NCBI GenBank assembly: GCA_017881185.1
Contig: JADGRE010000004.1
Coordinates: forward strand, 1 to 63,282
Source: Pseudomonadota bacterium
GTDB taxonomy: Bacteria; Myxococcota_A; Polyangia; Polyangiales; JAFGIB01
DNA: 63,282 nucleotides
Direction: 5' to 3'
A program made the position numbers and the translations under genes. The first letter of the stretch is position 1. Each line of letters starts with the position of its first letter. This document shows positions 48,375-58,216 of this stretch, one piece after another. The notes under the pieces were generated by a model. It was not told the DNA's origin and did no database searches. It was given only the letters and a program-made list of their open reading frames with translations.

Positions 48375-49568
48375 ATGACACAAGCCGAGGTGGCGACCGA
48401 GCAGGTGGCGCAGCGCGCGCGACGCCCGTCGATCGCCGCGCTGGCGATGTTCCTGAGCATCGCCTTCGGCGTCCTCGGCGCGATCCACCACTACCTCGAG
48501 ATGCGCCTGGTGCTCGACCCACAGTGGCCGGCGCCGTGGCAGAGCGTCGGGCGCTGGGCGGTCTGGTGCGCCGCGCTCTCGCTCGTGCTCATGCCCATCG
48601 CGGAACGTACACTGCGACCACGACAGACCTGGATGCTCGCATGGCCTGCGTCGCTGTGGATGGGCGCCATGTTCTATCTGCTCGTGGGTGCCGGCTTCTC
48701 GGATGCGTGCCTTTCGCTACTGGGCTGGTCCGGCCTGGCTGTCGCACGCGCACGCGCCGAGCTCGTCGTGGCTGCGACGCTCGCGCTGGTCGCGCTCGGC
48801 ATGCGTTCGGTGAGCCGAGGACCGCACACCAAGGAGATCCACGTGCAGCTGCCGCGCTGGCCCAAGGCGCTCGACGGCTATCGCATCGTGCAGATCAGCG
48901 ACATCCACATCGGCCCGTTGCTGCATCGCGAGTTTGCACAACGCATCGTGGACCTCGTGTATGCCGCCAAACCCGATCTGGTCGCAGTGACCGGCGACCT
49001 AGTCGACGGCGGCGTGCGACAGCTGGAAGCCGAGGTCGCGCCCTTCGCGCAGCTGCGGGCGCGCCACGGAGTGTACTTCGTCGCCGGCAACCACGACTTC
49101 TTCTCCGGGGCGTCGCACTGGACGCGCAAGGTCGTCGAGCTGGGCATGCGGCCGCTGCGCAACACGCATGTCGTGGTGCAAGACGCCGCGACCGGCGCCG
49201 CGTTCGTGTTGGCTGGCGTCGACGACCCCACCGGCAAACGCATGGGCGACGGCCGCGGGGACGACGTTGGTGCAGCGCTCGGAGGCGTCGCGCAGGACCG
49301 CGCAGTGATCCTGCTCGCGCACGATCCTCGCACCTTCGACAAAGCAGCTGCGGCGGGCGTGGACCTGCAGCTGTCGGGACACACGCACGGCGGACAGCTG
49401 TGGCCCTTCAACTTCGCGGTGCGGCTCACCACACGCTTCGTGGCCGGACTGTACCGCGTGGCGGCCTCGCAGATCTACGTCAGCCGTGGCACGGGCTATT
49501 GGGGGCCGCCGATGCGCGTGCTCGCGCCCGCCGAGGTCAGCGTGCTGGTGCTTCACCCGCAGCCGTAG
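48375..49568 (+). CDS. Membrane-anchored metallophosphoesterase (YkuE-like)
   Basis: N-terminal TMs; QISDIH, TGDLVD, GNHD, LAHDP, LSGHTHGGQ and SRGTG. Confidence 0.92.
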   Translation: MTQAEVATEQVAQRARRPSIAALAMFLSIAFGVLGAIHHYLEMRLVLDPQWPAPWQSVGRWAVWCAALSLVLMPIAERTLRPRQTWMLAWPASLWMGAMFYLLVGAGFSDACLSLLGWSGLAVARARAELVVAATLALVALGMRSVSRGPHTKEIHVQLPRWPKALDGYRIVQISDIHIGPLLHREFAQRIVDLVYAAKPDLVAVTGDLVDGGVRQLEAEVAPFAQLRARHGVYFVAGNHDFFSGASHWTRKVVELGMRPLRNTHVVVQDAATGAAFVLAGVDDPTGKRMGDGRGDDVGAALGGVAQDRAVILLAHDPRTFDKAAAAGVDLQLSGHTHGGQLWPFNFAVRLTTRFVAGLYRVAASQIYVSRGTGYWGPPMRVLAPAEVSVLVLHPQP

Positions 49569-51447
49569 CGGCCAGTCGATCTTGGCGCAGCAGCTCCAGC
49601 GAATCTCCGTTCGGATACACGGGGCGTGGCAAGCGCAGCCGCTCGCCGACCTTCGGTAGGTCGATGCGCCGCAGGCCGCGCTCCCCCGGGAACAGGAACA
49701 GGTAGTGCCCATCGTCGAGTGAGCTCGGGAAGGTGAAGCGCACGCGTTGCGGCTGCCCGCGCAGCGTGGCCAGCACGCGCACCGCGAACGCTGGCAAGCG
49801 CACCGTGTCACCCACGTGAAATGGTCGATCTGCCGCGCGGTAGTTGGAGCCGACAGCCATGTCATCCACGCTGGTGGTGATGACCGTCAGGTCGATGGCG
49901 TCGTCGGCCACGCGCTCCAGATCGTGCGGTTGACCTGCGCCACTGAGCAACCACGCGGCACGCGGCATCGGCCGGCCAGCCATGCGCAGGATGTACGGGA
50001 TGTACCAGGCCGTCGCCAGATCGCTCGCAGCGACGATGGCGATCGACTGACCGCGGATCTTGGTGTCGTCGATATCGGCTAGCAGCACCCAGGCCTGCTC
50101 GACTCGGGCGCGGAAACGCAGCGCGTAGGCGTCGATCTGCGAACGCTCCGCGGCCTGATACCCGTGCAGATACAGCAGCACGAACACGCCGCATAGGCCG
50201 CCGGCGCGCTGCAGAACGCGCCCATGAAGCAAGCGATCCCAGGCCGCCACCAGCAACACGGCGAAGAGCACGTCGAAGCCGAGCGACGCGGGCACCATGA
50301 GCCGCGCCGATGCCATGCCCCCGGACGCCGGCACGAGCGACAGCAGTGCGCCCACGAACAGCCAGCGCGCGACGGCAGCGTTGCTCGCCCCCGTCAGCTG
50401 CGGCAGTTTGCGCACCAGCAAGATGGCCACACCGAGACATGCGATGCCGATGCTCACTTGCCAGAAGTGCCAGTCGGGCAAGGCACGCCACTGTTGTGGC
50501 GTGAACCACTGCGTACGCAAGAAGGCCGCGCGCCACGGGGAACCTGCGGTGTACCAGTCGGCAACGACACCCAACATCAGGTCACCGACGAGCACGGGTA
50601 CGCGCCACAGCACTGCACCCACGAAGGCGACGGGCGAGGCTGTAGGGCTGATGTAGTAGCCGGAGCCGGCGATGCCGTAGCCGAGCGCGCCGCGCAGCAC
50701 GAGGTATGCGAGTGCCGCGCCGGCGACCGGACCGAGCGCCCGCGCCCGAACGCGCCAGGCATCGCGCGATACCAAGAGCTCGAACGCCGCGAAGTATGCG
50801 AGGGCAGCCAAGGCGTACTCGCCGCTTGCTAGCGCCAGCACCACGAACACGATGGAGCGCGCGCGAGCAAGCGGCGCTGCACTGCGCCGCCATACGACAT
50901 GATCGCGCAGCGCAAGGAACGCGAAGGTGGTGGCCACCAGCGTGCTGCGATTGGCCAACCAGCCCACCGGGTAGCTGTGCGCCTCCTCGAGCGCGAAGAA
51001 GACCAGCGCGATCGCGGCGATCGATCCCGGCAAGAGCTCGGCGAGCAAGAGCCCGCAGGCGACGACCAAGAGCGCCCACCAACACAGCGAATGCAAATGG
51101 AAGTACTGCGCGTCGAGCCCGAACGCGGCGAAGTCGAACGCGATGAGCGCACTGCTCAACGGGCGGAACATCGACAGGTGGATGCGCGGATCGCTCCACC
51201 ACGGAAAGTGACCGCTCTGCATGAGCGCGCGGTTCTCGGTTGCGCTGCCGTTGCCGAAATTGAACATGTCGAAGCGCGCGCGCGGCACCGGATACGCGCC
51301 CACCTGCATGGCGTGGTGATCGAAGTCGTCGGCGTAGAACCCGGAGCTCAAGATCGGCCAGCGCAGCACAGCGCCGAGCGCGATCGCCCCGATCAGCAAA
51401 GCCGGGTACGCGAGGCGACGCAGTGGGGTGCTCGCAGAACTCTGCAC
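49537..51447 (-). CDS. Polytopic membrane protein, GT-C glycosyltransferase-like
   Basis: First TM followed by GFYADDF (acidic pair), RPLSS...FHLHSL, FALEEAH and LASGE, roughly 10 TMs, and a soluble C-terminal domain. The start is uncertain (GTG 51447). Confidence 0.62.
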   Translation of the reverse strand: MQSSASTPLRRLAYPALLIGAIALGAVLRWPILSSGFYADDFDHHAMQVGAYPVPRARFDMFNFGNGSATENRALMQSGHFPWWSDPRIHLSMFRPLSSALIAFDFAAFGLDAQYFHLHSLCWWALLVVACGLLLAELLPGSIAAIALVFFALEEAHSYPVGWLANRSTLVATTFAFLALRDHVVWRRSAAPLARARSIVFVVLALASGEYALAALAYFAAFELLVSRDAWRVRARALGPVAGAALAYLVLRGALGYGIAGSGYYISPTASPVAFVGAVLWRVPVLVGDLMLGVVADWYTAGSPWRAAFLRTQWFTPQQWRALPDWHFWQVSIGIACLGVAILLVRKLPQLTGASNAAVARWLFVGALLSLVPASGGMASARLMVPASLGFDVLFAVLLVAAWDRLLHGRVLQRAGGLCGVFVLLYLHGYQAAERSQIDAYALRFRARVEQAWVLLADIDDTKIRGQSIAIVAASDLATAWYIPYILRMAGRPMPRAAWLLSGAGQPHDLERVADDAIDLTVITTSVDDMAVGSNYRAADRPFHVGDTVRLPAFAVRVLATLRGQPQRVRFTFPSSLDDGHYLFLFPGERGLRRIDLPKVGERLRLPRPVYPNGDSLELLRQDRLAATAAGEAPAR

Positions 51448-51646
51448 GAAGCTCCAGATCGGGCCGCGACCGGCATGCCGGGACCCTGTCCTTGGTAACA
51501 CGAAACGAGGCGTGTGATCGTGCGCAAGAACAGTCGCATGTGCGCGAAATGGCGTCACAAATTGGCCCGAACTGCCGCTGTGTCAGAGGCCAATAGTGAG
51601 CGCTGGCTCTTGACTGAACAGAGGTGATGTGCGAATTCAGCACACC

Positions 51647-52108
51647 ATGAGAGTGTCAGGGTTGTCAGGGTTGATGGTAGTCGTGGCTGCCTTGGCGGCC
51701 TTGGTCAGCTGCTCGAGCAACACGAACGCTGGCGGCGGTTCGGTGGCGTGCACTCCCGGACAGGCGAGCATGCCGAACGCGCCAGGCGACCCCTGCCCGC
51801 AGGTCAAGACGGAATGTGCGGGCGTAGGCCGGCTCGCGATCTCCATGTGCCAAGCAGACGGCACCTGGGCGACCTGCCTGTGCCAACAAGGCAATGCGCT
51901 GTCAGCGAGCATGTGCGGCAACAACGTCAAGGACCCGGGCACACAGGAGCAGTGCGACGGACCCGACTTGGCGAACGCCACCTGTGCAAGCCTGCTCGGT
52001 GCGTCTTACGGCGGATCGCTGTTCTGCACACCAGGCTGCATCTTGGACACCAGCATGTGCATCCCTGGCACGGCAGGCACCGGCGGCAGCGCCGGGACTG
52101 GCGGCTGA
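51647..52108 (+). CDS. Small Cys-rich myxobacterial lipoprotein
   Basis: Lipobox LVSC, CGNNVKD...EQCDG (Myxococcus Cys-rich-repeat-like) and a Gly/Thr tail. Confidence 0.75.
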   Translation: MRVSGLSGLMVVVAALAALVSCSSNTNAGGGSVACTPGQASMPNAPGDPCPQVKTECAGVGRLAISMCQADGTWATCLCQQGNALSASMCGNNVKDPGTQEQCDGPDLANATCASLLGASYGGSLFCTPGCILDTSMCIPGTAGTGGSAGTGG

Positions 52109-52158
52109 ACGCGCGGCTGAACGCACGGCTGAGCGCACGGCTGAACGCACGCCTGCAC
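52103..52158 (+). repeat. 12-bp tandem repeat, about 4.5 copies, starting at the lipoprotein stop codon
   Basis: GGCTGAACGCGC / GGCTGAACGCAC / GGCTGAGCGCAC / GGCTGAACGCAC / GCCTGCAC. Confidence 0.92.
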
Positions 52159-52265
52159 CCACGCTTGATGGCGGTCATGGCGCTGCGCGCATGGCTGCCC
52201 ACGGTCGCGGACGCGTGCTGCTTTGCGCGCGTGCGTGCGGCAGTTTGAGGTAGGCTGCCGGGCTC

Positions 52266-54707
52266 ATGCGACGAGCATCGACTTACGCGGGCGTGTTTCT
52301 GGTCGCAATGGCGACCCTGATGCTGGAAGTGCTGCTGACGCGCATCACCAGCGTCAGCGCCTGGTACCACCTGGCATTCTTCGTGATCTCGCTCGGCATG
52401 CTCGGCATGACCGCGGGCGCAACGCTCGTATTCGTGTTCCCCGCGGCCTTCACGCGCGAGGCGGTGCCCACGCGCATGGCGCACTCGGCGCTGGGCTTCG
52501 CGCTGTCCACGCCGCTGTGCATCGGGCTCACCATGGCGGTGCCGATGTCGCCGGTTACCGACCTGATGAGCTTCTTCGCGTTGCTCGAGGCGGGCGGCGC
52601 ACTCGCGCTGCCGTTCATTCTGGCGGGCATCACGTTGACGCTGGCCCTGACGCGCGCGGGTCTGCCGGCCAGCGTCGCGTATGCAGTCGATCTGGCAGGA
52701 GCCGCACTCGGCTGCGTGATCATCATCCCGCTCCTTTCGGTGGTGGACGCCGCGAGCGCCGCGTTGGCAGCCAGCGTGGTCGCGGCCTTGGCCGCCGTCA
52801 GCTTCACTGCCGCCATCTCTGCGCGCCGGCTGGCCTGGCCACTGCTTGCACTGCTGTTGCTCGGCGGGTTCACGGTCGGCAACGCCCGCAGCGTGCCGCA
52901 GCCGTTGCGACCGGTCTGGGTCAAGGGCATCCGGGAGCTACCGGAGTGGTTCAGCTACCTCGACTGGAACACCTACTCGCGCGTGACCGTAAACCAGACC
53001 TTCGTCAGCCCGCCCACGTTCTGGGCCCGCGGCCGTAACACGCCGTTGCAGGTGCTCACTCCGCTCGAACAGCGCACCGTGCTGATCGACGGCGCCGCCG
53101 GCACGGTCATGGCGAAGCTGGGCAAGAGCGCCGCCGACCACGAATACCTCGACTGGGACATCACCGCGTTCGCGCACCGCTTGCGCCCGCACGGGCCAGC
53201 TGCGGTCATCGGCGTGGGCGGTGGACGCGACGTGCTCGAGGCCGCGCGCGTGGGCCACAAGCCGGTCATCGGCGTGGAGATCAACAACCTGATCGTGGGG
53301 TTGCACACGCACAAGATGGCGGACTTCTCGGGGCTCACGAGGCTGCCCGGCGTGGAGCTCGTCACCGACGAAGCCCGTTCGTACATGGCACGTGAGCACA
53401 GGCGCTTCTCGGTCATCACGATGTCGCTCATCGACACCTGGGCGTCCACCGGCGCAGGTGCGTACAGCTTGTCCGAGAACGGACTGTACACCCGCGAAGC
53501 CTGGACGATCTTCCTCGAACACCTCGCCCCGGATGGCGTGTTCACGGTGTCGCGCTGGTACCTTGCCAGCTCGCCTGGTGAGACAGCACGCATCATCGCG
53601 CTCGCCATGGAGACGCTGTGGTCGATGGGAGTCGCACAGCCGTTCAAGCACATAGTGGTGCTGCAGACCGATCAGGTCGCGACGCTGATCATCTCGCGCC
53701 GGCCGCTGTCCGAGGCCGACATCGATCTCGTGCAGAGCGAGTCGGTGCGCATGGGCTTCAACATGATCGTCACGCCGCGCAAGCTGCCCGTGCACCCGAT
53801 GCTGCGGGAGCTCTCGCAACAGCGCACCCGCGATGGCATGTGGGCGTGGAGCGCGAACCAGAGCCTCGACATCACTCCGCCGACCGACACGCGACCCTTC
53901 TTCTTCTCCATGCTCAAGCCGCGCACCTGGTTCGTGAGTCGCGGCAGCGTCGACCAGATGGACCTGAGCTTCCTCGGCAACCTGCAAGCCACGCAGACCT
54001 TGGTATACGCCACACTCGTGAGCCTGCTGCTCACGCTGGTAACGGTGGTCTGGCCGATGTCGTTGCGACGACACGCGTTCCCCACGCTGTCTCGCGCAGA
54101 TGTGCTCGCAGCCTCCGGTTACTTCGCGCTGATTGGCCTCGGCTTCATGTATGTCGAGATGGGCCTGCTGTCGCGGCTGAACGTGTTCCTGGGCCGGCCC
54201 ACGCTGGCGCTCGCGGTGCTTCTGGCGGGCATGATCTTCTTCACCGGTGTGGGGTCGCTGTTGTCGGCGCGGCTGTCACTTGCCAACCCGCGGACCGCCA
54301 CGCTCTACCCACTGGTGCCCGCCGCGCTGATCGTGGTCGCAGGACAACTGCTGCCCGGCGCAGTGCACGCGTTCCAGGCGGCCGATACGGGCACGCGCAT
54401 CTTCATCAGCTTGCTGCTGGTGGCTCCGCCGGCGGTCGGTCTCGGCTTCGGCTTCCCCGTCGGACTGCGGCTGGTGGAGCGCATGGAGCGCAAGACCAAA
54501 GGCGCGGCGGCGGGCGCAAGCGAAAGCGACGGCGCCGAGCTTGGCCCGTGGCTGTGGGGCATCAACGGCGCCTGCGGCGTGTGCGCGAGCGGTCTTGCGC
54601 TCGGAACGTCGATGGTGCTCGGCATCCATATCACCTTGCTGATCGGCGCGGCGTGCTACGCGGTGTTACCGCTGGCAACCTCGCGCCTCTACCGCTCGGG
54701 GTCGTAG
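52266..54707 (+). CDS. Polytopic membrane protein with a central spermidine-synthase-like SAM-binding domain (paralog 1)
   Basis: About 7 N-terminal TMs; WNTYSRVTV, VIGVGGGRDV, GVEINN, DEARSY, SENGLYTREA, PTDTRPFFF; about 6 C-terminal TMs ending WLWGING. Confidence 0.8.
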   Translation: MRRASTYAGVFLVAMATLMLEVLLTRITSVSAWYHLAFFVISLGMLGMTAGATLVFVFPAAFTREAVPTRMAHSALGFALSTPLCIGLTMAVPMSPVTDLMSFFALLEAGGALALPFILAGITLTLALTRAGLPASVAYAVDLAGAALGCVIIIPLLSVVDAASAALAASVVAALAAVSFTAAISARRLAWPLLALLLLGGFTVGNARSVPQPLRPVWVKGIRELPEWFSYLDWNTYSRVTVNQTFVSPPTFWARGRNTPLQVLTPLEQRTVLIDGAAGTVMAKLGKSAADHEYLDWDITAFAHRLRPHGPAAVIGVGGGRDVLEAARVGHKPVIGVEINNLIVGLHTHKMADFSGLTRLPGVELVTDEARSYMAREHRRFSVITMSLIDTWASTGAGAYSLSENGLYTREAWTIFLEHLAPDGVFTVSRWYLASSPGETARIIALAMETLWSMGVAQPFKHIVVLQTDQVATLIISRRPLSEADIDLVQSESVRMGFNMIVTPRKLPVHPMLRELSQQRTRDGMWAWSANQSLDITPPTDTRPFFFSMLKPRTWFVSRGSVDQMDLSFLGNLQATQTLVYATLVSLLLTLVTVVWPMSLRRHAFPTLSRADVLAASGYFALIGLGFMYVEMGLLSRLNVFLGRPTLALAVLLAGMIFFTGVGSLLSARLSLANPRTATLYPLVPAALIVVAGQLLPGAVHAFQAADTGTRIFISLLLVAPPAVGLGFGFPVGLRLVERMERKTKGAAAGASESDGAELGPWLWGINGACGVCASGLALGTSMVLGIHITLLIGAACYAVLPLATSRLYRSGS

Positions 54708-54737
54708 CCCGATCACGAGCGCCGAGATCGACCGCGT

Positions 54738-55595
54738 TCACGACGCGCTGAACCGCGCACGTTTGGCTGCCAGCAGCTGCACACCCTGACGGGCCACGGC
54801 CTGCACGAGCTGGCCCATCTTCGGGTGCACAGGCACCAGATCGACGGCGAGCCCGTGCTCCTGCAAGCTCTCACTGGTCACTGGACCGATGGAGACGACG
54901 AGCACGGTCTGCGACAACGCGCGCCGCAGTTGCTGCTGCTGCCCCTGCTCGGCCGCGATCTGAAGCAGGTGGTCGACCTGGCGGCGACTGGTGAACAAGA
55001 TCGCGTCGGCCTCGCCGCCGCACAGCAGCGCAATGGCCGTGCGCAACGGCCCGGTGTCTTGCGGCAACGCCCAGCCATAGAGCGGCAGGGGATTCACCTT
55101 CGCCCCGCGCTGCGCCAGTGCGGCGCACAGCTCGAGGCTCGGCTGGCCGTATTCTTGGACGACAACCGTCTTGCCCGCGACCGGGACGCGCGTGTCGAAG
55201 ACCGCGAGCAGGTCTTTCCAGGTGTTGGGTTCGTCGGCCACGGCGGCGGCGCGCAGGCCCATGCTCTTGAGCACGGCCACGGGCTTGGGGCCACGGCACA
55301 CGAGCTGCGTCTTGTCCAACGCCTCGGTCAGCTGCGCTGCGGTCCAGTGTGCGTTGAGCACGTCGAGCAACAAACGCGCGCCGACGCCAGTGAGCAGAAC
55401 GAGCACATCGCACTTTGCAGCCATCAGCTGCTGCCCGAACTTAGCCGCTGCCGTTTGATCGCTCAGCGGGACCTCGCGCATGGACGGCGCGTTGATGGCC
55501 GTGCAGCCGTGGCGCTCCAGCAAGCGCACCATCTCCGGGGCTTGGCGGCTCTCGAGCGTGACGACGCGCAGCGGCTGTGGCGGGTCGGTGGTCAT
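54738..55595 (-). CDS. hemD: Uroporphyrinogen-III synthase
   Basis: VTLESRQ, LLTGVGA, RGPKP, QEYG, LYGWALP, FTSRRQV and SIGPVTSESL; ATGA overlap with the upstream gene. Confidence 0.88.
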   Translation of the reverse strand: MTTDPPQPLRVVTLESRQAPEMVRLLERHGCTAINAPSMREVPLSDQTAAAKFGQQLMAAKCDVLVLLTGVGARLLLDVLNAHWTAAQLTEALDKTQLVCRGPKPVAVLKSMGLRAAAVADEPNTWKDLLAVFDTRVPVAGKTVVVQEYGQPSLELCAALAQRGAKVNPLPLYGWALPQDTGPLRTAIALLCGGEADAILFTSRRQVDHLLQIAAEQGQQQQLRRALSQTVLVVSIGPVTSESLQEHGLAVDLVPVHPKMGQLVQAVARQGVQLLAAKRARFSAS

Positions 55596-58045
55596 AGGGG
55601 GCGGGCCTTTTGGGTCTCGGGCTTCGCGAGTCGCGCAGCGGTCCACGGCAGTGCCGCGAGCACGTACAACCCGGCACCACACCATAGCGCGGCATGGGTG
55701 CCGGCGTGGAGGGACACCAGGGTCGCGATGATCGAGCCGAGCACCGAGGCTGCGCCGTTGACGCCCCACAGCCAGGCCACGCGCGCCGAATCACCACGGG
55801 CACTGCGCGCCAAGCCTGCAGGCAACGGCACGCCGAGCAACACGCCCAGCGGCGCGATCAACACCACGACTGCAAGCACGCGACCAGGCAGAGCCGCGCC
55901 TCGGGCCGCGCCGAACACGAGCTCCAACACCGCGGGCAGGCCCGCAATCACGAGCCCGACACCGAGCAGCCACACGCCGGTGCGCCAGCCTGCCGCGCGC
56001 GCGGCGAACGCGCGGCTGCCGACACCGCCTGCGAGCAGCAACACGCACAACACGGCGACCAGCGTGTAGGTCGGCTGCCCGAGAAAGAGCGTGACGCGGT
56101 GCACGAGCGCAATCTCGACGCACATGAAGCCCACACCCAAGCTCGCGACGTACGCCAGATCGGCGCCGAGCCCACGCGCGTCACCGAGCTTCACGCGGCG
56201 CATCCACGCCAGCGGCAAGAGCGAGCACGCCACCAGCATGCCGAGCGCCAGCGCCAGCACCTTCGCCAGCACGGCGAGGCCGTTGCCGAACAGGTGCGTG
56301 GTCTTGCCGGGGCGCAACGCGCGCGCGAAGTCGGAAAAACGATTCTGGTAGAAGAAGAACGGGCGTTCGTCGTGGACCGCGCTCACGTCGACCGGCCAGC
56401 GCTCGAGCTGTGCCTCCAGGCGCGCTTCGTCGTGCTCGACGAGCAAGGTCTGCACGAAGCTGTCTTCGGCGCTCAGCGGGCTGAAGGCGCGACCCGGCAC
56501 GAAGCCTGGCTCGAAGCCGAGCGACACCAACGCGTGCTGCATGGCCCGTGTCTGCTGCTCGCTGAAGCCGTCCGGCTTGATCATCACGTCGTACAGCACG
56601 GAGTCAGGGCGCGGGACCCAGCGCGTGTGGGCCACGGCCACGGCGCGAGAGGGATCGCCACCGCGACCCCGCACGGCAGCACGCGCGATGGCAGCCAGGC
56701 GCGCGCCGACCGCGAGCCCAGGCAAGCTCACCGTGGAGACCGTCAGCACTCCACCGGGATTGAGGCGCTCCAGGAACTCGTCGAACGCTTCCGTGGTGTA
56801 CAAGCCGTTCTCGGTCAGCGCATACGCGCCAGCGGCCGTCGCGGCGGAGGTGTCGACCATGCTGATCAGAATCACGTCGTAGCGCTGCTTGCTGCGCCGC
56901 AGGAAGGTGCGACCGTCTTCGACGTGCACGTCGACGTCGGGTCGCGTGTAGAGCCCACCGGAGAACTCGCGGTAGCGGCCGCGCATCACGTCGTCGACGA
57001 TGAGCGGGTTGATCTCCACGCCGGTCACGTGCTTCGCACCTGCCGCCAGCGCCGACAGCACGTCTTTGCCGCCGCCGGCGCCCACCACACACACGCTGCC
57101 CGGCTTGGGCACGAGCTGGTAGACGAACGCGCTCATGTCGGACAGCACGTACGCCACCTTCGCGAGGTCGCCGTCGAAGCGCGCGATGGGCGTGAGCGCG
57201 TTCATGTCGATGACCAAGCTCTTCTGCTCGGGCAGCGCGCCCTGGTAGCGCGGCGACAGACCCCAGCCGCGGAAACCGGGAGCGTCGAACACCGACACGA
57301 GCGAGAACGAATTCCAGAGCGTGAGCTCCGGGCGCGTGCGCGTGAGATCCACACCCTTGGCCGCGCGCAGCGCAAGCGCGTCGGAAGCGATGACCACGAG
57401 CGTGGCGGCGAGCAGAGCCGCTGCAACGACCAGCGGCGCGCGACGCGAAGGCACACGCGGGTCGACGCTGCGCATGACCAGCGCCGCGAGCGTCGCAAAG
57501 CACGCACAGCTCGCCAGCGCACGCGGCCCGCCCAGCCAGGAGATCAGTGGAATGGTGACGATGCAGCCGACTGCTGCACCCACCAGATCGGCGAAGTACA
57601 CGCGATGGACTTGCGCCGCATAGCGCGCAGTGGCCAGCGAGAGCACGAAGCCGCCGCCGACAAACGGCAACATCGTCAATGAGAACACGAGCGCAAGCTT
57701 CCATGTGAAGAGCGTGAACGCGCCCGACAGACCGCCGAACCAGTCCGGCCGCACCCGCGAAAGCGCAAGCGCAACCGCGAGCGTCGCGCCGCCTTGCAGT
57801 AGCGCAAAGCCACAGGCCAGCGCGCCCAGCGAGCGCTCCTGCCAGCGACGCTGCAGCATGTGCACCACCAGCGCCGACACGCTGGTTCCCAAGAGCGCGA
57901 CCGAGATCGCGAAGAAGGCGAAGTGGTACCAGACAGTCACCGACAACACGCGCGTCAGCGTGATCTCGGTCGCCATGAGCGAGGCACTGGTCAGGCCCAC
58001 GCCCCAGAGCGCACGCCGGGTCAATGCTGCCGTTGGCTGCGACAT
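55592..58045 (-). CDS. Polytopic membrane protein with a central spermidine-synthase-like SAM-binding domain (paralog 2)
   Basis: Same architecture as paralog 1: WNSFSLVSV, VVGAGGGKDV, GVEINP, EDGRTF, TENGLYTTEA, DERPFFF and WLWGVNG. Confidence 0.8.
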   Translation of the reverse strand: MSQPTAALTRRALWGVGLTSASLMATEITLTRVLSVTVWYHFAFFAISVALLGTSVSALVVHMLQRRWQERSLGALACGFALLQGGATLAVALALSRVRPDWFGGLSGAFTLFTWKLALVFSLTMLPFVGGGFVLSLATARYAAQVHRVYFADLVGAAVGCIVTIPLISWLGGPRALASCACFATLAALVMRSVDPRVPSRRAPLVVAAALLAATLVVIASDALALRAAKGVDLTRTRPELTLWNSFSLVSVFDAPGFRGWGLSPRYQGALPEQKSLVIDMNALTPIARFDGDLAKVAYVLSDMSAFVYQLVPKPGSVCVVGAGGGKDVLSALAAGAKHVTGVEINPLIVDDVMRGRYREFSGGLYTRPDVDVHVEDGRTFLRRSKQRYDVILISMVDTSAATAAGAYALTENGLYTTEAFDEFLERLNPGGVLTVSTVSLPGLAVGARLAAIARAAVRGRGGDPSRAVAVAHTRWVPRPDSVLYDVMIKPDGFSEQQTRAMQHALVSLGFEPGFVPGRAFSPLSAEDSFVQTLLVEHDEARLEAQLERWPVDVSAVHDERPFFFYQNRFSDFARALRPGKTTHLFGNGLAVLAKVLALALGMLVACSLLPLAWMRRVKLGDARGLGADLAYVASLGVGFMCVEIALVHRVTLFLGQPTYTLVAVLCVLLLAGGVGSRAFAARAAGWRTGVWLLGVGLVIAGLPAVLELVFGAARGAALPGRVLAVVVLIAPLGVLLGVPLPAGLARSARGDSARVAWLWGVNGAASVLGSIIATLVSLHAGTHAALWCGAGLYVLAALPWTAARLAKPETQKARPL

Positions 58046-58216
58046 GGACGAGCTGCACCCAAGCAGAGTGCGCGCGCCGCGGTCAAGTACGGGACGCACA
58101 ATTCGCCGGCCGACAAGCGGCTCTACACACAGGTTGCCCAGCAGTGCCACGCGCAGTGCCTTCCCCGATTGGTGTGGAGTGGGCTATCACTGCGCCTGGC
58201 CCCCGTGAACGCGACA

